A DNA stretch of 64,000 nt. It comes from Convolutriloba macropyga. Taxonomy: Eukaryota. The position numbers and the translations under genes were made by a program. The DNA lies in contig NC_134472.1 of the NCBI RefSeq assembly GCF_964194025.1, forward strand, positions 27,094,001-27,158,000, in the 5' to 3' direction. Shown piece after piece: positions 50,274 to 63,060 of this stretch; the stretch's first letter is position 1, and each line of letters opens with the position of its first letter. The notes under the pieces are model-generated. The model was not told where the DNA came from. It saw nothing but the letters and a program-made list of their open reading frames with translations, and made no database searches.

Positions 50274-51699
50274 GACGATTCCTACATGTCGCTCAACAAT
50301 TCTAGTGATAAAAAACATTTCAAAATCAAAAAGAACCAAAAATCCAATGTTTATAACGAAATTCGCAAAACACCAGATTCAGGCCTCATTTTTCTGTGTA
50401 AAATCACTGATCATGGCCCTTAAACACCGATAAAAAACTACCTAGCGTCTATTAATATTTAGTAGATAGCTTCTTTACACATCTGATACCCTAATAGCGC
50501 AGAGAAAACCTCAAAAAAGAAAACCTCAAAAAGTTCAGAGAAAACCTCAAAAAACGGCTAAAAATAGGCCTAAAATTGCTGCAAATATACCACCGAAAAA
50601 TGACCCCAGACCAAATACCGCCTCCAAACATTTGCATGGAGCATTGCCATGACCCTTTTGAGAGATCTACTAGGGGACTTTGGCTAATTCTCAACAGTTT
50701 TGCAAAATCGAAATTCAAAATTTTGAAAAATAGACACAAAAAATGCCCAGTTTTCGACCCCCCCCCCCCACCAAAAATTTTCTCCGCCACTAAAAATTTC
50801 ATTAATGACAGACCCTAAATTTACACCTCCACAGTCAATTTCATTGTAGAGGAAAACCTTTGGGACCATTCTGAAAGGTCCAGAGTACACCACTTCGTGG
50901 AAAATTCAAAGTATTGGCCAAAATTTTTAAACGTCAAAAATTCAAATTTGGTAGCCTTTTTTAAATCCAAATTTCTAACAATCAAACATGAAAATTGAAA
51001 ATATCTGGAGGTTAATGGCTTCCAACTCAACATAGCTTTCGATTGATACGATTTTGAGCCTTCCACGTAGCTTCAAGACAGTTCGCGAACGGCTAGAAAA
51101 TTCGGTCGAAAAACTTGATAAACTCAAAAATCGAATTTTGAGACAAACTGCTCACTATCAACTCAGGAAGGACCACTGCAGCAAATTAAAGCCCCCTATA
51201 AAATTGATTTGCATATGTACTCACTTTATAATTAAATAAACACAGCTTTTGTCTGAGTTATAGTTTATTTAGGAGTGACACAAATTAACCCGTCAAAGAC
51301 GCTTTAAGTTCTACTTTCAGTCGATCGACCTTTACAAGTAATTATATTAACAAAACACGCATCCTTCGTGCCTAATTAGCCACTAAATTGCCACAAAATT
51401 AGCTCATGCACTACTCAAAAGATCATGCAGATGCATATAACTACCACAATGGATACTAAATAGCCGAAATCACTACATCTAAATTAATGAACAAAATTGA
51501 TGAAAATCACTTACTAACGCCTAGTCATGCAGACAAACTAGATCATGGTTTACCAGGCGACTTATCTGGCATCTTCTTAGTTAGGTTGGCAGCTGCTTGC
51601 GCTATAAATAACAAAAATAGACATTAAATTATGTTAAACAGCACACAAAACAAAGCAAATTTGCTAAATTTTCGCATTTAAACTTGAATATTCACCTTT

Positions 51700-52643
51700 T
51701 CTCAATGCGGTCTTCTTCTTCTGACTTTTCCTGACATTTTGCAGATACTCCCACCTTTTCTAAATCATGCCTTGTGCTTTCTTGGTCTTTTTTACGCCCC
51801 CACTGCTCAATTCCCGCTTTAACAAATCCCCCGCATCTCCCCCCAAATTTTCCACCAGTTTACCCTGCCGCCTCGGTGACAACTCACGTACCCGTGACAT
51901 CTCCTCCCGTTCTACTCCAAAGCCATAATACCTGTTCACACTATCCATTACCTCTCTATTTTCTCCCTTAGTTCATTTCCATTCGGCAACAACTCATGAC
52001 CCCTCCAGAGTTAATACTGCGTGTGCCCACAAACTAGGTTGCACAATCAAATTGCCCCCTCCAAAATGGAACCAAAAATGCTTTCCCACAATTTTTTCTG
52101 GCGGTCTTTTACGCACCAAACCTCGGAACGCGCCAGCAAACCTCACCGATTGGATTAGCCTCCTACTTTAGATTTGGATTGTGGCATACAAGAACACTTT
52201 CTTTCCGAAAGCTAATGCTGCCACCGATTTGTCCCCTGTAGTTTCTATGTGCCCTTTCGTGAACCACTGCCGCAACTGGAGCTACCCCCCCCCCCCTCCC
52301 GAAAACACCCCGTCCGAACACTCGAACACTCCAACCGATATATATGGCCCATCCCCAACCTGTTCCATGTTTCCCCCAATGACCTCTCTGTCCACTCTTT
52401 ATCCCTACAGCGTTTGAACCTCCCTAGAAACCCATCACTGAACCTAAACACCTGCTCCTCCACAAATACCGGAATCCTAAAATAATCACCATCTAGCAAC
52501 TCCTCCCGACCTCCATCCCTTACCAACTTCAACAAACCCGCCCATTTACGTTTCCCAACCCCTGATGCCGTCTCCACTATTCTCCACCCTCTTTCCCTCC
52601 ACTTCTCCTCAACATCAAACTCCTTCACAAATGCATTCATCAT
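51700..52643 (-). pseudogene. Antisense JmjC-domain 2OG-Fe(II) dioxygenase (KDM2/KDM7-like motifs), with stops and a frameshift
   Basis: One minus frame (52266 to about 51985) reads WFTKGHIETTGDKSVAALAFGKKVFLY...FHFGGGNLIVQPSLWAHAVLTLEGS*VV; HxE at 52251-52243 and distal His at 52023-52021. Confidence 0.75.
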
Positions 52644-52950
52644 TCAATCTGAAATTAAAGGCACAACTCATTACTCACATAAGAACAAATAAATTGTTAA
52701 CACACAATTAACCTCCCCGAAATTTAACATCTCTCATGCTCTAATAACAATCTACCCTGCAAAATATTCATGCTAGCACCCGGAAAAAAAGATTACAACA
52801 AACAGGTTAGCAAAGTTCCAAGTAAAACAACCAATTATATACTAAATAAACAATCAACATCTAAACAAGGCAGATGTACATAACACTAAACTCAACTATA
52901 ACAACTAAAACTAACATCAAAACAACATCTATAAGAATCAAAAACAAAGC

Positions 52951-53361
52951 TCAGAATTCATCCTTTTCAACCAATACAACACTTTCCTCATTTGCCTCTC
53001 CGCCTCCTTCTTTCACGTCTTCCTTTGACCAAGGACAAATCAAGTAACAACTGACAAAGGCACGCAGTAAACAAATACATATCATGAATGCAAGGCTCCA
53101 GTAAACAATGTTGTCAATCACGAAACCACCATCTCCAACATCTCCCATATCATCACAAATCGGCGCCCTTTTTGCCCACACTTCACTCCCCTCCACATTA
53201 CTCCCATTTTTACAAAATCGAATCACAAAACTGAAGAAAAAGCTTTTGCAACACAAATCATCTCTGAAAGTAAATAAACACATTGACAACACATATACTT
53301 ATATGGCACAAAATTTATTATTCTCCTTCTTCAAACACGACGGGGAACAACTATTGAACAT
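52951..53361 (-). pseudogene. Second antisense ORF, Cys-rich with a TM-like segment
   Basis: ATG at 53361, one internal stop, IVYWSLAFMICICLLRAFVSCYLIC followed by an acidic tail. Confidence 0.3.
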
Positions 53362-53558
53362 TGTTCAATAAACTTAGAAGGCACTGCCAAAAACGGTATT
53401 CAATCATAAATTAAAATAGCAAAACCAATGAAAAACAAGAACAAAAGGCAAATCAATTACTTATTAACCGGTCGACAAGCTAGCACAGCTAACAATAAGC
53501 ATCAGATAATAACTTGCACTAATAATTGATTTACTAGAGATTTCACCAAAAAACTTTT

Positions 53559-55562
53559 ATGCTTAACTTTAAAATGCGAAAACTCAACGTACTAACACTC
53601 TTCCTAATATTTTCGAACACATCTTGTTTGTTAGAACAAGATTTTGACGAATATTTATCAAAAGGAATACTATTCATCAAAAATGCAAAAATCTTGTTAG
53701 CAGAAAAAATTTGTGAATGTCCAGTTTTTGATACCATTCCCCCCACTACAATTTCACCGCAAAAGAAGCAATCGAGGAAACTTTGCGCAAACTTTCGAAC
53801 ATGTGGAAAATACCCTCAGTTTTCTGTCCAATTGATTTCTCCTCACAATTCAATACACCAAACGACCAGTTCAATGTAAACTGGCTCATGGACAAAATTC
53901 AAAGCGAAACGCTCGAAGCAAAACAAACTGTCAAAAATCTTTGAGCAACAACGTCAAAATTTTAGCAGAAAACCAAGATAAATCCTTCCGAGACCTCGTG
54001 GAGCAGCCGTTGTAGCAGCAGCTGCACTTGCCGGAATAGGCTTATTTGGTAGCAGAGTAGCAATTGGAATGCGGCCTATCGGGCAAATTCGACCTCTGTC
54101 AAGAAAGCGCTCGGAAAAATGCCGAAAGCATTGACCGCCTAAACGAAGACGCTTCACTCCTAACAGATTACGTTCTGGAAGTTGAGAGCAAGTCCAACGA
54201 AAAATTGTTTATAATTTTAAACGAGCTCGATGAAATCTCTAAAATGCAGAAGACAATGTAAGTAACAAAAAATAAGAATTGGGAAATCATTGATGAACAA
54301 TTCGAAGTCTTTCAACATAATTTCCATGTTCTCCGCGACTGTAATCAAGTGCTTTTCTCCATCCAACAATTAAATTTCAACTTTGCCACCATTGCCTGTG
54401 CTCTATGCAGATATAAAAAGTTGCCGATCAGCACTTTGTGCTTACAACATCAACATTTTAAACTCGATCCCAATTGTGTTGGATAAAAGGCTACCTATGT
54501 CGTTAGTACCTCGCGAATCACTTCTTGCTATTCTTAACTCTGTATATGATGGGAAGAATATGGCATCGAACCGCCTGACATTAGCAATACCAATACAAGA
54601 TCTCCTATCCTATTACGACTCTAAACTGATTCGAGAAGTGTTGACAGCTGATCAGGGACTCTTACTAACATTGGCAATTCCGTTAGCGTCAAGCCAAACA
54701 GCCTTCAAAGTATACGAGTCAAATTTGATACCTATGCCGCAAAAAGGTCAAGAAGAAGCACTCCAATGGCTCACCGAAAGAAAATATCTTGCTGTACCAG
54801 AACATTTTAACTGTTTAGGCTCATCCCGATACGGTATTTGCCATCAGACAATAGAAACGAACTTTGCCCAGTCTTCTTCTCTGGACACTTTGTTTTTTTC
54901 CTTTGGCTATAACACCTTTAACAGTCTGCGATACACAAAAAGTACTCCTACCAGCACAGGAAAAAGCAAAAAATCTTGGGTACGGTATATGGTTCCTCAC
55001 ATCAGCGTGACCGGCATTTACACTAGGGGAAAACAGTGTCAACAATTCTAACGTGCCGCACAACAAAGAGTACCCCGGATGCACAATATGCCTGATAACT
55101 CCAGAATGTGGAGCCCAATTGATCTCAAAATTTGTCAAAATTCGACCCGATCTCCAAAGTTGCAATAAAATTCCCGCCAAGCGCATTGGAGTTAAGTTAT
55201 CTGACCCCTTGGAGCACGTAATTGGCGCTGTACCCGATTTAAACGACCTCCCATATTTTGAAACAAAAACGGAGGCGAACATGCAGCTGATTAGAGAAGT
55301 CAAAAAGGAACTCAAATACGGAATAACTCTTCTTGATGAAACCAAACTCCAAACAATAGCAAAGCCGATAGCATACAAAATGACATTGCTAAAACCCGAC
55401 CTAGTTTCCAAACTTGAGACCTATATACCTATTAAACTGTCGTTAATTCTAACAATAATAGTTTTCCTTGGAAACCTACTTCTACATGCGTTGGTTAATT
55501 TCCTCTTCCACCAACTTGCGATAGTCCGCAAATTTACAAACAAATTTTCAGCGCACCATTGA
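53559..55562 (+). pseudogene. env: env: class I (F-type) fusion glycoprotein, fragmented
   Basis: Signal peptide MRKLNVLTLFLIFSNTSC; basic site plus fusion peptide RPR-GAAVVAAAALAGIGLFGS (about 53991-54053); heptad region; Cys-rich ectodomain; TM LSLILTIIVFLGNLLLHALVNFLF. Confidence 0.8.
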
Positions 55563-55932
55563 TGAAAACACTCGGCCAACCAATCCAAGATCAAGAGCGT
55601 CATCCAAAACGAACCTCAGCCACTTGGCAACAGCTTCCGCAGCATTCGGAGCACAAATACTAGGATCTAACACGTCATTATCCCAAAAAATTGTAACAGG
55701 ATCAACAGAAAACCTTGAATGCCAACGAGGTGCACCTCTTTCAGCGATTTCACCGGTAGAGCAGACGGTTCGCAGAGCTAACTAACTAATTTACTAAAAA
55801 AAATACAAAACATCTTATGGGCTATTTTTTTCATCAATTATTGTTATGTCAAAAACTTTTGGCGAACATTTCAGTGGCTAACTTTCATTTTTATTACTCA
55901 TACTCTGTAAAATCTTTTTTCACCAAAATTTC

Positions 55933-55946
55933 AAAAAATAGGGTAG
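55933..55946 (+). promoter_or_regulatory. Polypurine tract
   Basis: AAAAAATAGGGTAG directly before the 3' LTR TG. Confidence 0.7.
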
Positions 55947-56003
55947 TGTAATTTGATTATTACCAATTGATTATTATCCCTTGAAAAAATTCCTTTATAT
56001 GGT

Positions 56004-56057
<54 letters not shown>

Positions 56058-56471
56058 CTTTCTATATACGATTTTTATTTATTGTAAATTTTTACTAATC
56101 AACAAACCCCAATGTTTAAAGTAAACTACATTTCCTGTGCTAACTACTAGAGTGTATTTACTATACAGATTTATAACCGGAGTTTACGTTTAATGTAGTT
56201 TTGTAAAGCTAATAAACATATGCCTTGTTTATTTGATTGTAAAATTATCAGCTAGAAAAAATATAAATCACTCAGAGCGATTGAAGACAAACTGAAGTTA
56301 AGCTGTAATGAAATGATCTTCTCTTAGTTAAGCGAAATTAAAGAGCTTCTTTTCTTTGTACTTTGTAACTGTCGGCCCTAGCATTTCGAATTCCGTGACC
56401 GCTCCCGTCTCATAAGCTTCTTGTCCTGAAAATAGGAAAAATTCCTTTTTACCCTGAAACAGGCTATTAGA
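55947..56471 (+). repeat. 3' LTR with a (TA)n expansion at about 56009-56052
   Basis: TGTAA...GGCTATTAGA followed by TSD CTTAT. Confidence 0.9.
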
Positions 56472-56530
56472 CTTATAAAAACAGAAAACGATTGCTTAAA
56501 TGTTTTGTTGCTATCCTGTTGTCATAGCTG

Positions 56531-56781
56531 CTCAGGCACTTTACCCAATGTCAGTTTACCCACTGCCAACTTACCCAATATTCTTTAATCTTTTCGTTCA
56601 ATTACCCGACGTTCTGTTGTGATAGTTTCATATCAAGTCCCACGGGCCATTTAATTATATAGTCGGTTAAATACTCGTTCTGGTAACTTTAATGATAGGC
56701 TAAATTAAAGTTGACATTGGGTAAAACGGCATTGGGTAAAATGGCAGGTTGGGTATAATGGCAATGGGTAAAATGGAATAG
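56531..56781. mobile_element. MITE with inverted sub-terminal repeat arrays
   Basis: TTACCCA repeats on the left versus TGGGTAA repeats on the right; right end GGGTAAATTGCCCTGACACCG. Confidence 0.6.
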
Positions 56782-57550
56782 GGTAAATTGCCCTGACACC
56801 GTATTCCCGTATATACAAATCATCCATGGGAGCGATTGCTTATAACAGGAGTTTTGGGCCCAAAAATTGGTAAGAGAGGCGCTAAGCGATCCAAACACTA
56901 CATCGGGAAAACTATTTTGAAAGAAGCCTCACGAAAATCAATTATTTCGACATTATGTTTTTCTCATTCTCGTAGAATTTTGTTTTTAGAGAACCGATTT
57001 GGATTAGATTCTCATCCGATGGATTGTTTCGGAAAAAAAAACTGAATGAAACACTTAAAAACTGTTTTCGGCCAAACAGTCGCTTGGTTTGGGACATAAC
57101 TTAATTTTGAAACAAAAGTTATTTTTAACAATTTAACAATCTCCCATTGAATCAAACTGAACTAACGTGTGTTTGCTAAGTTAAAACATTCAGTCTTATC
57201 TTGCAGTTTGCCTCAGTTGAATGAAATATATGCCTTTTTATTTTTCAAAAAGATTAGTTGCATTTAGTCACTCTATTAAATTGGACTGAATCGTCGATAA
57301 TCTTAGTTGGCGTTTTGAGCTATGAAAAGTGTGAAACTTGGACCAAAATTTATGTCGCAGCAGCCTTGACAAGACATTACCACTTTTGTCAGCGCTTTCT
57401 CGGCATCATCGAACGGCTGGATGTATACGCTCGTGAGTTTTATTGATATCGATGACAACCGTGGCAATATCCACTCAATCAGTAAAAATTATTGAGAGTT
57501 AAGTTTAATTAAAGATGTTCACTTTTGGATCTAACGACAACTTTATAAAG

Positions 57551-58951
57551 CTATTCTTTATCAGGCTGCGTAGCTTCCGTAGACTTTTCAGACTTGTTGG
57601 CCGCGTTGTTTTCTCTAGCAAAGTTAATTATTTCGCTTCTGTTAATCACAAAATCCTTTTCGATTAAATGATGCGGAACTTGTTCAATTTCGCAGAGTAG
57701 TTTTTCCCGAGCTGGGGGCCGTCTGGTGGCTCTTTCCTTCGGAAGTGGTCTGGGAATGAATTCAGAGTCGTAAGTCGTGAATCTTCCACTGAAAGGGTTC
57801 ATCGGCTGTCGTCTACTGGCATTGGGCACGATAGCTCTCGCTACTTTTCCGAGGTTGTAGTTGCATCCATGTCTTGTATAGTTATCTTGTTTTAAAAGTT
57901 CTGGTGACTCCGGGTTTGTGAATACACGGCCAGTTGTAGTTTCATAGAAACTGTTAGAGCGCTGAAGTTTAGTTACGTCAGCGGACTTGGACGCGTCACG
58001 TTCGGCTTTGAACGCCGACTTGATGTTAACACCTGGTGGTAGACCGAGGTAGTTTTGATGGTATGTTGACGTTGTTTTGCCCCGAATCGCCGACTCAATA
58101 GTCCGGTCCCCAAATTCGGGCAACTGAGGAACCATTAGACCTAGAGGTTGACTTTTGGGCAATTGGTAGATCATGAAGGACCTTAAAGGATGCGGGTTGT
58201 TACGTCGGTGGCCGCTGCCGGATCCGGATCGAATTGGGGCTGTTCTTGCCGGCTCTTTCTCGTAAAATTGGGTACTGTATGTTGAAGTGTAGTGCTTCCG
58301 CAACTCACTTAATTCGTCAGAAGCACTCGGGTATGCAGAACGCGGTCGCACAATACTAACCGCAGTCATTGGTCGGGAGAATTGACGGTCGTATGTTGTC
58401 TCGTAGGCATTCAAAAGAGCAGAATGATCACGTCTTAAAATTGTATCACTCGAACGACTAGCAGATTGTGCTCGGTTAGAGCCGAGAGGTGTCTTCACTC
58501 GAGATGAAATCGGGCGATTGTCGCCAGTCGGAGGCAATTTGACTACTTCATTTTCTGGCTCACCGCCCCATGAAGTAACTTGGACGTCATTTAACAGAGA
58601 AGCGCAAATTTCTAAGCACTTTCGCTGGTCTTCGATTTTTGATAGCTTGTCAAAGTAACTAAGTATATTTCTGGCATTAATTGCGTTTAAATCTCGTCTT
58701 TCGCCGTGTTCAAGAACAAGTTTTCCTTCGAGGTAAGTTTTGAGGAGTCCCAAATGACTGTCATCGCAACTTGACAGGACTTCAAAGAATTGGGATTCTA
58801 ATAGGTCCAGAACGTCTCCAGCTTGCTCTGTTGTTTGAAGGACATTAAATTCTTGATTCCGTGTAACAATATCGGATAAAAGTTGCTTTCCCGATGACGT
58901 AAGAGGGTTTAACATTTCCCGATTCGTATTCGGGTCTTCAGTGGACAACAT
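57551..58951 (-). CDS. TEX26-like protein (putative ciliary microtubule-associated protein)
   Basis: Repeated (S/T)TY..(Q/E)F motifs (YETTYDRQF, STYSTQF, STYHQNY, TTYDSEF) and PELL...RHGCN.....AIVP, collinear with TEX26 as recalled; first ATG at 58951. Confidence 0.6.
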   Translation of the reverse strand: MLSTEDPNTNREMLNPLTSSGKQLLSDIVTRNQEFNVLQTTEQAGDVLDLLESQFFEVLSSCDDSHLGLLKTYLEGKLVLEHGERRDLNAINARNILSYFDKLSKIEDQRKCLEICASLLNDVQVTSWGGEPENEVVKLPPTGDNRPISSRVKTPLGSNRAQSASRSSDTILRRDHSALLNAYETTYDRQFSRPMTAVSIVRPRSAYPSASDELSELRKHYTSTYSTQFYEKEPARTAPIRSGSGSGHRRNNPHPLRSFMIYQLPKSQPLGLMVPQLPEFGDRTIESAIRGKTTSTYHQNYLGLPPGVNIKSAFKAERDASKSADVTKLQRSNSFYETTTGRVFTNPESPELLKQDNYTRHGCNYNLGKVARAIVPNASRRQPMNPFSGRFTTYDSEFIPRPLPKERATRRPPAREKLLCEIEQVPHHLIEKDFVINRSEIINFARENNAANKSEKSTEATQPDKE

Positions 58952-61699
58952 TACGAATATTAATATTTTGTAACTTAACTTTTGACCATTTAAGAGCAGT
59001 GTTACAAAGTAATCAGCATTCAAAATGTGTGCGTTTCAAATGTAAGCTCAGCAACAAGGCTTAAAGCTTTTGTAACAATTTTAAAATTGTGCTAGTAAAT
59101 CATTCAAGAGCTTAAAAACTAACGTGTTTTGTATTCTCGTTATAGTATACTACAATTGTCATTTTATTTTTTGGCCACGCAACTTTGGTTCGACGAAAAC
59201 ACGTTGTTTTGTTGTCATAAAATCAGTAATTAATTCATGCATTAAGAAGCAATAATAATAGTACTTCAGAAATCAAGCAGTTATGAAAAATGTCTCGAAA
59301 GTGGTTTGAGTGCTATATTAACAGTTACAGTGTTTTGTAGTTCAGATAAAGGATCCTCCCTTGCAAAAAGCATGGTGATATGTCTTAAGGAACTTAAAAA
59401 AGGCAGTCAAAACTAATGATTATTCAATCATTATCAAAAACTTAAAAACCGCAAAATGTGTACATTAGTTAACAAAAACTTATTAGTTAACCGCGTGAGT
59501 TTTTCAAACCAAAAGCTGGCAAGATTTGGTAAAGAGTTCCTTGCAAACACGCAACTATATCTCATCTACATTTGGCATTAAAAGGAGATTGCATTACTCA
59601 GAACCAATAAGAGCAGCTTACAAGACAAATCATTTGACATGCAAGTTCTCATAAGACCAACATTTGATTAGAACATTCTTACAAGTTAGCTTTTTTGCAC
59701 GAAAATTGCAGGATCAAATAAAATAAACATCCTGCTCACGGCTTCCAATGCTTTGTTGCCACCACCCTACATACTTGAATTTTTGGCAATATACTGCCGC
59801 AGCTAGTTTACTTATCATATGAAGAAACAAAAAAAATTTCCAGTGCACCCAATGGAAACTGAAAAGCTTGCACCAGAGAAAACTTTTATAAAAGTTATTT
59901 ATGTAAAAACAAAGGTAATCATTTTAGAAGACAACTGCAGAGAATTTGATTTTAGAAAATATTGTGAAATTGTTGTTCACAATTCATGAAACCGATTTCT
60001 CACTGTAATCTATGATGACAGTCACTTCAATCACCGCATTGGGCTTTTGCTGACTCTGCTTGTTCTGATTCTCTTACGTGCTCTTCTTGATTTGCCTTGT
60101 GGAGAGAGATGAGGTTGAAAATGTAAGATATTAAATGTCAATTATAGATCTATTAAAAATATTGTCACTTAGTTCGTTTAAGGAGACAAGAAGTAAAACG
60201 TGAATTAAAAAGAATTTTAAAAAAACTGCGGACTGGTTGGGAATTGAACCACTGCGCCAAATATGTGCAGATCAACTGACAAGTGCCCTAAAAGTCGGTG
60301 TAACCACTGTAGAAATGTGCAGTTGACAAGGTAAGTCTGTATTTCTCTCATAAATTAAAAGAATAAGATTGCCGAGACCTTAGAAACGAGAATGTAGAGA
60401 TTTAGTTATTTAGTTATGTAGTTAGTTAGCTAATTTGAAATAGCTAAAAGAAACAATAACTAAAAATAAAAGCAAACTAACCATAAAAAGTAAAACTTTC
60501 AAGGAAAAAGTCATGAAAAGTCAAACGATGTACCAGAGAAAACTTCGAATTTGGACCCTCAAATAGCGGTACATATTAAATAGCAGCCAAGTTTGAGGCA
60601 TCATTTGAGGCACCAGTAAAATATGTGGCCATTTTTGATGGTAAACAGCTGAACTTTTGAAGTTGACAACAAAAGGTTTCAAAATAAAAGTGTTTGTTTT
60701 TCCCCAAAAAGTAGAAAAAGGATTTAAAACGAATACGTTATATCGGATTTGCTGAAACTTGCACGATCAAATACGTAGCTGAACATGGCAAGATAGAGGC
60801 TCATATGAGAGAACAAGGCGAAAACGAGAGCCAAGCAATTTCTGATTATATTCATTTTTGACCAAGTAAAAAAAGCATTGAATGAGTACTCAACTGATCA
60901 TTACACATTATTGTCTACATCATCAGCTCGAGAGAATTTTTTTTGCCAAAAACAGCCTGATGTTGGTCAAAATTGCGCTTAAAGTGCCAAGGACAATGTA
61001 TCAAAAAATTTGTTTGCTGATTAAAAAACTTCAAATAAAAAATTAGAGAAAATTACATAGGTATCAATTGATTTTTCTCCGGTTCTAAACCTAGACAGGA
61101 CTACATATTAAAACATAACGCTTTACATTAGATATTAACAGAAAAAGAATTGAAAAAACTTTTTTGTTATAGAATTTATTAGACAAAATTGAAATTAATG
61201 TTAGCAGGTCCGTAAAAGCTATCTCAATGTAACTTATTTAGAAACTGTTACAAATTATTTTTTCAATGCATATTTGTTCGTGATAACTGGTGTACGTGCA
61301 ATCGTTCCACAGAAAATCTGTTTGCAACTTTACTTTGGACAGACCAAGAAAAAGTGGAAAACAGCCAAATCTCTCAAAAAAATTTTAACGGAGTTGCGAG
61401 TATTAGACGTTGCCACAAAGCATTACAAAAAGTGAATTCAAAACAACCATTTTTGGTCTACATTTTGTTTGTTTTAATTAATTGTGAATTTTCGCATTGA
61501 CTGAAACGTGGCAATTATTGTTGTTGTTAATGAGAACATACACAGAAACAAGCAGAACTTTCATTGACGAAAGAGAAATCATTGAGGAAACAGTAAAAAA
61601 AACCGGTTATGCCCGAAGAACACACAATAAATTCACCAAAAAAGAAAAGCTAACAGCAAAAAGGAATGAATGGGGAGCAGATAAAAAGATAAGGTACAC

Positions 61700-62217
61700 T
61701 GGACAATAATGACAAAAAGGCGGAGAGATAGAGAGGAAACAGAGAGAGCAGTAAGCAATAGCAGAAAGTGATTAAAATGAGAAAAAAACGAAAAGGAGAA
61801 AGACTAGAAAAACAGACAAACAGCAAAAACAAGAGAAAAACAGAAAAGAGCTATAGAAAGAGGTACAGGAAGAGTGAAAACGAGAACGAGTGGGAAAANN
61901 NNNNNNNNNNNNNNNNNNNNNNNNNNNNNNNNNNNNNNNNNNNNNNNNNNNNNNNNNNNNNNNNNNNNNNNNNNNNNNNNNNNNNNNNNNNNNNNNNNNN
62001 NNNNNNNNNNNNNNNNNNNNNNNNNNNNNNNNNNNNNNNNNNNNNNNNNNNNNNNNNNAGGAAGGCAAAGAAAGACAGCAGTTCGAGAGAGAGCAGACAA
62101 AAGAAAAAAACAGATGTAAGGAGATATAGGAAAAAATAAGGGAGGAAAGAAAATAAGAGAGAGAGAGAGAGCGCGAAACAAAAGAATTTTTTTGAGCAAC
62201 AGTGGGCGAAAGTGTGT

Positions 62218-62274
<57 letters not shown>

Positions 62275-62720
62275 CATTATTAAAGCAAAAGATATTGCGA
62301 ATGCAAGAGAGCAAATGGATTTATGAACAGTCAGACAGAAACACAGAAACCAAAAAAGGGAATCAGGGCGAAAGCGAAAACATAAATAAGTGCTGGAAGA
62401 AATGTGTGCGGAAGAAAGTGGGTCAAAGGGAATGAAGAGAAAAAAAGGGATTAAGAAGAAGCAAAAAATCATGGAAAAAATCAGAAACAGTTACTGAAGG
62501 TGCAAAAAACACAAAAATTTAAAGCACAGAAACTGTAAGAACATTGAGAAACAATTGTACAAAAATCAATAAAACAGAGTTTAAAGAAAAACATCGCTAG
62601 AAAAACAAAGAAGGTGATGAAACAGAAGAGAAGAAAGAGAAAAGAGACAGAAAATAAATGTAAGAGAGCGAAAAAAAAGCGAGAAAAGCGAGGCGGGGCG
62701 GTGCTCGTGAAAAAAAAAAC
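61700..62720. repeat. Purine-rich low-complexity region with (GA)n microsatellites
   Basis: (GA)n at about 62155-62275; A/G-skewed flanks. Confidence 0.85.
61899..62058. other. Assembly gap (160 N)
   Basis: Run of N. Confidence 1.
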
Positions 62721-63060
62721 CGCTGAAAAAACTTGCCCGGATGCTTCCAAGACGAAGTCAATGAACAATGTGTTCTTCTGATTGAGCCAATGCTACAAGA
62801 AAAAAATTGGCAGTCAAAGCAACAAAACTACGAGTAAGGCGATGAAGATTTCGCTAACTTAAACCTTGGAAGCTAAAAACCACATTTAAATCTTAGAAAC
62901 AAAACAAATATTAAGCGCAATCGGATGTTAAAATAATGCGTAGAATATTGACAGTCACAGCCACAGAGCTGAGATGATACTGGCTAGTTCCATCAATGGA
63001 GGTTTTTTCGAAAATAGGAAAAAAATATATGCCTATAACGTTTCCGATGCGATAATAATG

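Larger units (their letters stand above)
42567..56471 (+). mobile_element. Full-length decayed env-bearing Ty3/gypsy LTR retroelement (13,905 bp)
   Basis: Paired LTRs, 5-bp TSD CTTAT (42562-42566 and 56472-56476), PBS, PPT, gag-PR-RT-RH-IN order, env. Confidence 0.92.

Noticed and set aside
50400-51300. Further accessory ORF(s) in the gypsy pol-env interval
   Set aside because: Short broken frames on both strands; could not determine the strand or any domain
54821-55411. 196-aa minus-strand ORF
   Set aside because: Antisense shadow of env; no independent motifs
61497-62768. Several ORFs around the N gap
   Set aside because: Artefacts of GA-rich low complexity and Ns
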